From positions 40,548,001-40,612,000 of the forward strand of contig OZ260666.1 of NCBI GenBank assembly GCA_965285935.1: a DNA stretch of 64,000 bases, in the 5' to 3' direction. The position numbers were made by a program, and so were the translations under genes. Below, piece after piece: positions 26,684 through 38,800 of the stretch; position 1 is the first letter of the stretch, and every line of letters starts with the position of its first letter. The stretch is from Ophelia neglecta (taxonomy: Eukaryota). The notes beneath the pieces were generated by a model. That model worked only from the letters and a program-made list of their open reading frames with translations. It made no database searches and was not told the DNA's origin.

Positions 26684-28320
26684 GGCTGTTCTGAATCGGC
26701 AGACGCGCGAACGGCGAACGCGGACCTCCAAAATTTGTAGCATTATGGTAACGGCCTATGGTAACTGCTACAGCGAATCGCTCACATCCTGCACAGTTGG
26801 ATTAGTCTGGAAGTTGAAATAATCACACCTTGCATGTCAACTAATTGCAGGCCTCGAAATAATTTGTTAAAAGCTTGGCAGCATTATTTCCGTAATCGAT
26901 AACCACCGGCACAACCAAAGCGGGATTACCCAAATCGGCCACGGACAAAATCTGCCATGTCGACACTATATACATGTAAATGTTCCTATTTGCGGCAGCT
27001 AGGCTTGAGTCGGTAGTGTTTAATGGATTAAAATTTCTACCCACAAAAGTTTAAGAGTTTATAATAATTATGGGTGACAAATCATCGGAGGTGAGGGGGT
27101 CCTTCCAATATTTGGTGGCCCCACCTGTTCTGATTGGGGGTTACGAAATTATTAATATTAATTAACTGCATTTGGGGAATTAGATATGTGGCATCAGCAG
27201 ATATATATGAAATATGCAATCCCATAGTGGTACTATTATTTTTAGTGGAAATCGCATGCCTAATAATGCAGCTTTATCAATCATTATTTAGGGGGTTAAT
27301 TAGTGATTTGATACAAGAAGGATTTTAGAGGGAAAGCCTTGTTGACACCCCCCCCCCCTCCATCAAATAACTAGCCCATTCCTGCTTGTATTAGCGACTA
27401 GCCCCCCTCCCTCCTTCATTAATGTGATTAATTGCCAGTCAGTGATTACTTGATAAGTTCGTGGCAGTCCCCACTGTCATTACATGATAGGCCTCCTATA
27501 TTATTTGTCGACGCCAGAGATTACAAGTCCCCATGTTTAAATTGTCAAAATCTAGACATTTCGATGAAGTAAAAAGCTAGAGTCTGCTACAGAATTCTAA
27601 CCAAATATTGAAAGATCTATATATTTCGTTGCCCTTTTACTATGTCCGATCCCGGGTCAACTCGGCGGGTGCCAACTCGCACGACTTTATATGCCAACTC
27701 GCACGGCAGGCAACTCGCGCGTGCTTGTTTTAATATAGTTTAGTATGTTTGACGTGTTGTCAAGACATCAATTACTACTTTTATGATTTGTAAATATAAA
27801 AGAAATAAATAGAAACCATTACTCACCCCTAAACGTAGCCACGCTTTATCCAAGTCGGCCTGTTTGCGGAAGAAGCCCTATGGTGACTAGCGAACTAGCC
27901 TTCGAGTGCCATACGTAGTTGCCCAACATATTTCATTTCTATTATCTGGGTTTAGAAAGCACTGTGACATGGGAATGAGCAGTTATATATATATATATTT
28001 TTTTAAATTCTCGCGATCTATCTGGAGGTAAAATGACCACAAGTTAGTTTTAACGCCCTCCACGGCAAAAACAACGTGTCTCGCCATGTTTGGTGTTGCA
28101 TACGTAGTGTGACCCTCCACGGCAATGTAGTAAACCAACCAAACACAATAACTGTGAAAATAACTCCGAGCGACTTGGCACCCGCGCGAGTTGTGGCCTG
28201 CGCGAGTTGACTGGACACCAGTCGGATCAGTCTTCTGACAGTGCCAGAGTTCATACCGTAATGCTACAAATTTTGGAGGTCCGCGTTCGCCGTTCGCGCG
28301 TCTGCCGATTCAGAACAGCC
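26684..28320. mobile_element. Non-autonomous Mutator-like (MULE) element
   Basis: Near-perfect ~67-bp TIRs beginning GGCTGTTCTGAATCGGCAGACGCGCG; perfect 9-bp TSD TTTGACTTG at 26675-26683 and 28321-28329; no transposase ORF inside. Confidence 0.85.
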
Positions 28321-30536
28321 TTTGACTTGCTACCGGCTAATTGTTGTTTTCGTCTATCGATGTTTCACAAATGTCATGTAGCTTTATTCTCCATGGTACT
28401 TTTATAAATTATCCTGTTAAATTAATTTTAAATAAATAAACAAACAAATTGTTTAATTAAAATGGCGGAATACCATTGAAACGTGCTGCATTTATAGGCC
28501 CTAAATGCCCGATCGCTTTTTTTGCGGTGGCCGAGAGCTCGATCACCCATTCACTTTCGTGTTTCTTCCTTCTAAGCTGTTAACGCTTTTCCGGGACAAC
28601 TGCCTTGGGCTTACTACACATAATTTTCATGGGGATCTATTTTCAACACAAGCAGGCTACATATATAGATCTACATGTAATACCAGACGAACATTCACAT
28701 GAAAAATGCGCGAGTTGACGTGACCTCCTTTGGGTAAGCATGCGATTGCCTTGTCAGAAGCCGTTTCGGTACGAACGCCTCCTCACTCCCCCATTCATGA
28801 AATAGAACAACCTATAAATGCATACAGGAGGGTTCACATTCGGCCGTGAGGGTCATGTGCCTAGCCTGCTTTACGGCTTAAGAGGGCTCCAGAGGGTTCT
28901 TCCCTTGTTAATTTATGCAATGTTTTCGACAATTAAAATTTAGAATAATGTTTGTTTGCTTGAATGATCTTAAAAATTGCCGATATAAGAAAAGTTGTTG
29001 GCAGTGCCTTCCATACACTGACTCACACAATTGCAGTTACAGATCTCTATGTGTTTTCTTAGCAGAATACCGACCCTCTGGAACATTAAAATGCCTGTAA
29101 CCCCTCTCACAGTGCACCGACCCACTGTGCCATTTATTCACTAATGAGGTAATGTCTGTGACGTGTCCGCTTTATGCGTACACAAAGTCAACAAGGTCGC
29201 CCTCCTCGTCTCCTTATTAAAATTGTGCCTAGCAGTGAAGGTACTACATATGAAAAGAAAGCAAACAAGCTATAATATAGCCAAAAATAAAGTCATAAAG
29301 ATCACTTTCTCTCGGGTAAATTAGAAGAATTCCTTTGTATGACGTCAATAGGTCGAAGGTAGAATTTCCCCCTGATGAAGAATATGTGAACCCCGAATCC
29401 TATTGGCACGTTACATGACGGTGAGTGTTTTCTGAATATTATTTCCCTGATAAAATTTTCACTGAAAACAAGGGGTCCAGTGGCTAAATTGGGAGAAAAT
29501 GATTTGCTTGTATCTCAGAAATCACTAGGTCAATGCGTCCATGTGTGGTATCAAATTGAAGCGCAGATTATGTGGATTTTAATGCACTTATGCAGTTGCC
29601 AAGGCTGGGCGATGTGAACGCCAGGCGAGCCAGTGAAAATGTGAGCCTGCAACTGAGGTTTGCGGATTTCTGCTTGCTGAGTGCGCAAATTGAGGCGGTC
29701 TCGACGCATTTTCGTTGACTCCCACTCGGCCTAACACAGCCTACTATTCTTACAGCCTCTTCGCCAGTTTTTCACTCGCTTCAAGCCCATTTGAGGCGAT
29801 TGTGGTCGAAATGTAACGCACGAAAATCCTTTTGTTGCGACGTAATTGTAGGACAGTCTGCCCTTCATCAGTGACTGTTTCACTTTGTAGTGAAATGATA
29901 TCTTCGTGTATTATCCATAAATTACCTAATTTTGTCAAGCACACAATTATGTGGCCCGTAGAGAGATCAGTCACATTTCAAATTGATTAGTACAATAAGT
30001 ATCTTCCACGGGCTTATCCAATAAAATCCATAAAATGTCAACAAATGATAAGAATAGCCTTCTTACCGAAGGGTCAAACATGGCCGCCGACAGTTTGTGT
30101 TGACGTTCGATTGAATTAGGTACAATTATCTCTGTTTAGAAGATTTCTTCTCCAACTGTTTCCCATTGAATGGGGAAGCATATAAACCGTATAAAAACAA
30201 GAGATAGTAAGTCATGGCCAAAAGGCGGTCTGCCATGGACAGGTTGACATATTCTATGTGTACGCCAATGCATAATGGCTCTGGGGTATATACCTGTATA
30301 CATCGGTCCGTAAATTCACAAGGTCATTCGCCATGCTGTTATGTATATGTATATAACTAAATTCAACCAGAGATCATTGCTTTAACCTGTTAACCTGTAG
30401 GATGATGTTTATATGCCATGGCTTGGGGGGGGGGGGGGGGAGGTGAATCGAACTACTTTGCCTAATGTCTACATCTATAGGGCCGTCCCATGTTCATTCA
30501 ATTGGGGGGGGGGGAGCAGAGTGGCACATCGAATGA

Positions 30537-30764
30537 CAGTGGAACCTGTGAATTAAGACAACCTATAAAGGGACTGTTAAATATTGGTCTGATCATCGAG
30601 GTGGTCTGATTAGACAGGTTATTTAATAATTAAGAGTATGTGTAGTACACCCAGTTTTAATAAAATCAGTCAGGTTTACATATATGCATCACTGTCCTCA
30701 TATTAGTGGTCTGAATTGGTAGGTGGTCTGAATGTGGAAGTGGTCTTTGAGGCAGGTTTCACTG
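30537..30764. mobile_element. Tigger/pogo-type MITE
   Basis: CAGTGGAACCTG...CAGGTTTCACTG-TA; repeated GTGGTCT internal motifs. Confidence 0.7.
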
Positions 30765-30967
30765 TATGTTCCTGAATGTTTACATTTGTTTACATATATA
30801 CCCTATCCCATGATCAATCTATCCAAATGATTGTCAAATTATTCCTCAGGTTGTTACCATTTTATTACTTGCAATCCTACTATATGACTGTGTAATCCAA
30901 GTAAGCAGTTGGCATACTAAATAGGATCAAATCCACAAATTGCCATAAATTATAGGCCTATCATGCA

Positions 30968-31145
30968 CAGTGGTCCCTGCGATGTAGGGCCCCTCTGATG
31001 AAGGGCCACCCGCGATGGCAGGGCAAGTTTTGAATTCCCATGTCCTATCTTTTCCATGTTAAAGTACCTCCGACGGAGGGCCACCTCCAATGTAGGGCCA
31101 CTTTTCCTTGGATTTGGGGGTGGCCCGACATCGCAGGGACCACTG
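30968..31145. mobile_element. Tc1/mariner-pogo-type MITE
   Basis: ~24-bp TIR CAGTGGTCCCTGCGATGT(A/C)GGGCC; right flank TA, left flank CA; internal AGGGCCAC repeats. Confidence 0.75.
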
Positions 31146-32149
31146 TACATGTATATGGTGTCAATATCCAAGCATTTGCTTAAGTAGCATATACAGGTAT
31201 GCTATGCTCCCTGGGCCAAAGCTAGCCATTGAAATTCCAGTGATTTTTTTTTTAATAGATATCAGATAGCCCTAGGTAACTTTAACATCTGCCGTGGGAT
31301 CATTTATCAAAGCATAAATACATTATCAAGAAGAATAATTGACAATATTTTGTGTTTTAAGAATCCAGTATTAGGATGTTACATCAATCTAGCTAGCAAT
31401 TGACATACTGGACCTAATACCTTAATATTTAGCTTTTGAATTATTAAATACTGGTGCACAGTTTATATTAAACCAGACTTTAGATTTCAAAATGCTTGTT
31501 AAACAATCCAAATATACAACTATGTTTGGGGTTTAAGGCCTTGCCATAAAGTCTCAGCCACAGAGCCCTTAAAGCTTTATCATTTATTTATTTATTAGGA
31601 GTTAATTCTAAATAGTTTTTTAGTCCTTTAGTTAAATATGTGAGAATAAAAGTTAAACAAAAGCACTTCATCAATTTAGCTTCCTGGCAGGAAAGTCACA
31701 TCCAGGCCCTTCAACATGCAACCGAGAAACCTTAAACCAGACTAAACACTTTCACTGTCTGGGTTTTTTATGGTTGGGAATTTGGAATGCACATGTTTGA
31801 TATATATATGATGTAAAACATGCAATTTACTAGAATAGGGGTACTTAAATTTTGTGATTTTCACAAATGGCCAGGATCTGCAAAATGAAGTGTGCAAAGT
31901 GAATCATTCACTGTTTGGATCATACAGGCATATGTCAATTATTGAGAAAGTACCCTGCTCAGAAAATCTGTCTTGAAAAAATCTGTTTCTGCACAAATTT
32001 CATACATTACGGTATGTGTAGTTGGTGAATACTCCTGGTGATTAGAGGTACTGTGTTATGCAGCACTGAAAGAGTTAAGACCAATATGTATATGTATATT
32101 GATAACTGAAGCATTTATGTGACAGGTATTAGCGTACATGTACTAGTGT

Positions 32150-33007
32150 ACATGTCATACTGGTACATGTTGAACCACTCAGTGGTAATAATGTCATTCT
32201 GGTACATGTAGGCCCACTCTGTGGTCATAATGTCATTCTGGTACATGTAGGCCCACTCGGTGGTAATAATGTCATTCTGGTACATGTAGGCCCACTCGGT
32301 GGTAATAGTGTCATTCTGGTACATGTAGGCCCACTCTGTGGTACTAATGTCATTCTGGTACATGTAGGCCCACTCTGTGGTAATAATGTCATTCTGGTAC
32401 ATATAGGCCCACTCTGTGGTCATAATGTCATTCTGGTACATGTAGGCCCACTCGGTGGTATTAATGTCATTAATGTCATTCTGGTACATATAGGCCCACT
32501 CTGTGGTCATTATGTCAGTCTGGTACATGTAGGCCCACTCTGTGGTAATAATGTCATTCTGGTACATTTAGGCCCACTCGGTGGTAATAATGTCATTCTG
32601 GTACATGTAGGCCCACTCTGTGGTAATAATGTCATTCTGGTACATATAGGCCCACTCTGTGGTCATAATGTCATTCTGGTACATGTAGGCCCACTCGGTG
32701 GTATTAATGTCATTAATGTCATTCTGGTACATGTAGGCCCACTCTGTGGTCATTATGTCAGTATGGTACATGTAGGCCCACTCTGTGGTAATAATGTTAT
32801 TCTGGTACATGTAGGCCCACTCTGTGGTCATTATGTCAGTATGGTACATGTAGGCCCACTCTGTGGTAATAATGTTATTCTGGTACATGTAGGCCCACTC
32901 GGTGGTAATAATGTCCTTCTGGTACATGTAGGCCCACTCTGTGGTACTAATGTCCTTCTGGTACATGTAGGCCCACTCTGTGGTACTGATGTCATTGTGG
33001 TACATGT
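32150..33007. repeat. 39-bp minisatellite, about 22 copies
   Basis: Unit GTCATTCTGGTACATGTAGGCCCACTCTGTGGTAATAAT; two 48-bp variants carry a TAATGTCAT duplication. Confidence 0.95.
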
Positions 33008-33427
33008 TAGGACTGTCATTGACATCAAAATTTTGTCGATACGATTATCACGATACTTTTTGTCGATATTTCGATTTTGTCGATATTTCGATATACTAGT
33101 TTTAGCGCCTTTTCCTGGTACAAAAGTTACCAGAAACAATTGTTTTTGCAAGAATCAGGTCTAAGTCTCTTCGAGCCATGTTTGCAGGGGACTGTTTCTA
33201 TTATAATCTGTGTATGTGTGGATAAGAAGAGGGCTTCTATAGTGGTTTATGTGAAGCATGCTTGCGAATTTGAAAAGTTTTCTCTGTTTTCTTCATTATA
33301 AGGAATTTTATGGCATTTTTATGGCATAAATATGATTATTTCGATATTTAGCCATGTATATCGATACACATATTGATAAATAGGGAATAGCGATATATCG
33401 ATATGTAGGATATCGATGACGCTCCTA
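33008..33427. mobile_element. hAT-like MITE inserted in the last unit of the 39-bp minisatellite
   Basis: 8-bp TSD GTACATGT at 33000-33007 and 33428-33435; imperfect TIRs TAGGACTGTCATTGACATC / TAGGAGCGTCATCGATATC; subterminal TCGATA repeats. Confidence 0.8.
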
Positions 33428-35809
33428 GTACATGTAAGCCCTACTTGGTGGTAATACAGTAATTTCTAGGCCCAGACCTGTGTTTACTACCCATGTTTAC
33501 TTTTGCCTAGGGTTTATTCATTACCCAAGGTCACTGTCACTGTTATTACAGACCGGCATTTATTGTAGACCATAACATATATCAGATCCAGTACTTTATT
33601 ACCATATTAATGTGTGTGGATGCCTGCATGTTCTATATTATTAGTACTTGGTAAATCTAGCATGTTCAATAATGTTGGGTTAAATTTTTTAGAAGGACCT
33701 ACATTTACTTCTCAGAGGCTGTTCTTGTTCAAATGGTGCTGACGAGTAATTTGTCAAATCAGGCAGAAGAAACAGTAGGCGTCTTAGGCCTGCAGTGTCC
33801 GCTGTCGTGATGTCAGTTGCCTAGGTTAAATTTGACTTCCTTACCCTGATATGATCCCAACATATTGAGTCCCAGTACACATATAAAGGTCACACATTGA
33901 TTTAAATTGTCTCATTGTGTTTTAGTTATTAGTATAAACTGTCATATTGGATACTACTAGTAGTAGTAGCATTGGTTTATATCGGGGTTAATATAAAATG
34001 ATCTGAAGTCAATTTATGCTAGGAGGTACATGCTTGAATCTCATAAAAAAAAACACATTTAGTTACGAATTAGATCTAGATCTACATGACTTTAGGTAGG
34101 CTATATAAATGTTCTGGCATCAAGTGAAGCAAATGTAAATGTCATTTTAAGGCCAGAAGGTTCCTGTCTGTATTTGTGAGGTTTGCCTTTTTGTTTACAG
34201 ACATACCAGTAATCATTTCCTTAAGGAATATAGAAACTTGAAATGCTCAAATATTTAATAAATCATATTGTAACTGGTAAAAATGATGTTATAAAGGGTG
34301 AAAAATACATATAGAACATGATTTCATGACATTGAAAAAGTAGAGTTCTACAGAAAATGATCTATCTTCATGCTTGTTTGAATGCATGTAAATATCATAA
34401 AAAAATGTAGGTTCATTTAGTTGTATTACAATATAATTATACAGTTACCTTTATTAGTGCTACTCCATGTGGGTCCATTGAATGATTATGGAAAAAAACT
34501 TAATTATAATGTAAATTCATATTTCACCTGCAAGGACACTAATGAACTGTTTAATGGCTTTATAATAGCATTAAGATATTAATAGTCTGCATGTTATAGA
34601 CAGCTGCAGTTGGATCCTGTTTTCATGCTTGTGTCCTGTATACATTTGATACCATCACAATATTGTAGACTCTTCTATCTATCATCAGCTGGAAATGAGA
34701 CTAGATATTGAGACTTAGTATTTTATTATTACCCTTGTAGAGGTCTACAACATGTCAATGATAACTCGCCAGAGATTTGGTATAACAGACATTACTACTA
34801 TCAGATGTCATGTGCTATGGTCATCTGGTACAGTCACCTCAGGCTGGGTCTTGATGGGCTCAACAGCTCATCGGCCAAGTTGAGGTTTATTCGGCCAAGT
34901 TGAGGTTTATTCGGCTAGACTGGCTAGTTAATGTGTATCTAAATGATCTTAATCAGAGAAATTCATGTTGCTACACCAATGATGCAGCTTCAATTAAACC
35001 TTGAAATATCATGTTTATAACTAAACACTAGACCATAGCAATAAAAACTATGATTCATTTAGATTAATTTCAACATTAATGCCCTTGGTTGACTAGCACC
35101 TTTGCCTACTGTCTTGTCTACCAGGTCACCACATTTAGTTTCATTTGCAATTCATTTGCAATGAGACAAAATTCACCAACACATTTCCACACATTTGGTC
35201 TGATATTTGCCATATTTATTTAATATATTTCTTTAAAATACTCCAAGCTCCCAGATAATGAAACACTACATCTTGTATAATTAAGCTATGATAAAAAAGC
35301 CAGAGATAGACTATTTGTTTTTATAGTGGGCTGGAATAACACATCATTTATTTATGCTGCCTGAACAAAAGTACAATTCATCCTTTTTTTGCCCATAGGA
35401 AGTTTTGCATGTACTTGTGTTTGTATTATCAATTGCTGAACAAAATATTAATGATAACACTGCACATGCATGATAGGATTGTTTTTTACCGTGTTTCAAT
35501 CTAATTGAACAGGTGACATGGGTCATAGTTCCTCCACTTTGAGTCCCCCACTTAAGTAGTTGATGTAAGTAGTTTTGCCAACTCGACGAAATTGGTAAAT
35601 TAAAGTCCTACAAAATAAAATACTTGTCCATTTACTATTGCCCATCATTGTAGTGGACATTGTAACAGTATACACTTACATACACAGTAATGTGTGTGTG
35701 TGTGCACACTTGTTTGAACATTGAATGATTCATTGTTTTTATTTTAGTTAACAAGAGACTATGAAGGGATACTCCAGAATGCTGTCAGCCTGGAGCCCCA
35801 CCAAGCTCG

Positions 35810-38800
35810 ATGACTACACTAGACGATGATCTTAGCATGGAGGATGGCCGTTGTCTTCTGGATGTCATCGGGTCAGTAGCTCAAATGTGATTCTCAACGC
35901 TCTGGATTCATAGCTCATTATAAAGCATGAACCAAAATCTATTCTATTTTGCTGTTAAAACTAGCACAACACTTTTCTCCCCCTTTCCAATAATCAATAT
36001 TGTGGACATTCCAATACAATTAGACAAACTGTACGATTTGAACACATTTTGCCATCAAACTTGATAGAACTACTGTCTTGATGGCAGCATCTGTTGGATC
36101 TCCTAACCCTTTTCCTCCTGGGATTCCATTATCTACCAATATTTCACTAGTTTAAGAATCCTTACAAGAAGTAGGGGGTTAATGTGCAACACAACTTTAG
36201 CGCTTAAAATGGAATATTTCATTAAAAATAAACAAAGACTTTTATTATTAAGAAATTCAGCGATGAAGCAGTTTATATTTCAAAGAAGAATGGCATAAAT
36301 TTGTTCAAAGCCTGAAAATAAACCTACCATAATCTGCATAAGATATTGGGGCCAATTATTTCTAAATTTGATTGTGGACTATTGATGTGTGTCTGTTGAC
36401 AGAGTGCAGGCAGACGATACATACTGTATAATAGGAATTGTAGCCTAAAACACCTTTTTGCAGCAGCACTACAGCTATTTTGTATTTACATTGCAGTGAC
36501 CCGGATGCATTAAGTGATTTCTTAGAAAACTCACTGAAGGATGAACAGGTAATATTTGTTTTATATTATTGTTTTAATTTCCCTTTTTTGCTCCAGTTTT
36601 GTCACTAGTTAATTAAATGTATATATTAACCCTTGAACTTCTGAACATTAGGCCAACTATTTAAGTAGTTTTCTGCTATTTTAACCTACATTTAAATACC
36701 ACCAACTCTTCTCCGTCTGTTGAACATAATCACCACTGTATAAAGTTAGATTTACTGGCCACTTCCTTTACCTGGAAATATTATATGAACATTAAACAGC
36801 ATGCACATATCTTGTGCTTTACTGAGATGAGACTAGTTACAATAGCTCTTGCTGTCTCCCTAGGTGCCTGAGATCTCCACCAACGACCTGCCCGAGTTCT
36901 GTTGGAGCCCTGAGCCCCCTTCCACATCCTCGGCCATCTTGGCTAGTTGCACTCCTCGCGTATACCAGAGGCCTCCCTCCAACCAGTCTAACCCGCTGGT
37001 GGGCGGGCTGCCTAACCCCAGCCCCACACCCCTCCAGTCGACCACACCCAGCCCCCTGTCTTTTGTCACCATGGCTCCCAATTACCTCTCCCAACCCTCC
37101 CCCAGCCCAGTTGCAAGTCCCCTTCAACACCCAGCGCCAAGTCCAATGGCCCCACCGGCACAGAGCCCCATGGCTGCCCAGATTCCTGCACAGCAACATG
37201 TACAGAGCCAGAACAACCCTAGGTATAGACACTTTCTCCTTAGCCTCATTTACACTAGACCAATTATGTCAACATTTTACAATAATTCTCCTAGTAGTAT
37301 ACTAGTGTGTATTTAACTCACCAGGTGTAGACTTCAGTATACAAATACATATATGTAGACAGTATACTTCTATCTTCAAGCTTGTGGTGTGGGTATAATT
37401 TGATGTGGTGGTGGTTTCTTGCCTTAGTCATCACCCTTTAAAATGTATTGGCATGCCTTATAACTGTACACACGTGTATCTAGTCGTGCACCAGTTAAGC
37501 CTAATAACACTTAAAATTATTGTAAAGAATGTGGTTTTGTATTTTGACAATGTGAGTGTATATTGGTATTGCAGGACTCCGTCTCCCGCTGTTCTTTCGC
37601 CCTACATGTCAGTAGCTAGCCCGGTGATGACCCAAGTCAACTCCCAGATACCCAATCTACAGCCATTTGTACAGCCCACCAAAACCACAGTCCACACCTC
37701 TGGCCAGCCTGCACAGCAATCCATACAACATCACGCACCAGCTGTACAACAGCACACACAGGTGAGACAGGAGATGCTCTCACTCTTCTTGTTTGTTATA
37801 GAAGGAAAGTAGTACAATACTAAAACAGTTGAACATTGTACCTCTTTGTACTCAAAGGACATATTTGTGTGAATTACTTTTATTAGTCTATTCTTCTTTT
37901 TACCAGGAGATGAGGGGATTGGGAGGGGTATTTTTATGCCTCCGCCCGAAGGGGGCCGGAGGCATTATGTAGTCGGGTTGTCCGTCCGTCCGTCCGACCG
38001 ACCGACCGACCGTCCGACCGACCGACCGACCGAAGCAACTTTAAGCAACTATAAACCGCTATAACTCTTCAGGGCTTTGAGAAATTCACTTGTGGTTTCA
38101 TGGAAGTTTGTTATGGCTAGTAGAGGATGATTTCATATTGTTTTCGGACCGATCGGAAAAACAAGATGGCCGCTACGATTCATCGGGTAAGGTTTGTATG
38201 TCGGACGAAATCTCTCGAACGGGTGAAGGGATTTTTCCGAAACTTCATGGAAGTCTTCTATTAGACATTGCGGTGTGCTGAAAAGGTTTTGGGCAAGATC
38301 GGAAAAACAAGATGGCCGCCGAGGGCAATAATTTAGAAATGCATTAACATGGAATCTTTTGGAAGCTTAACGGTGTGAGATAGGTGCATAATATGTATTG
38401 AACACTAATAGGAAACCATATACAAGGAATCCAGTGGTGTCTTTGAATTTCACCTTGGGTTTATTTTTCAAGGTCAAATCTTAATGCTGAGAGATAGGCA
38501 TATAACATGTTTTGAGTACTAATAGGAAATCATACACAAGGAATCCAGTGGTGTCCTTGAATTTCACCTTTGGTTTATTTTTGTTCATATTGTTTTCGGA
38601 CCGATCGGAAAAACAAGATGGCCGCCACGATTCATCGGGTAAGGTTTGTATGTCGGACGAAATCTCTCGAACGGATGAAGGGATTTTTCCGAAACTTCAT
38701 GACCGACCGACCGTCCGACCGACCGACCGACCGACCGAAGCAACTTTAAGCAACTATAAACCGCTATAACTCTTCAGGGCTTTGAGAAATTCACTTGTGG

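Noticed and set aside
32150-33007. CRISPR-like appearance of the tandem arrays (also 53960-54600 and 60925-61945)
   Set aside because: No unique spacers, no cas genes, and the context is eukaryotic.
32115-33164. Repetitive ORFs (MYQNDIITTEWAY)n and (VHVGPLCG)n
   Set aside because: By-products of a 39-bp minisatellite whose unit is a multiple of 3; interrupted by a stop and lacking splice context or homology.
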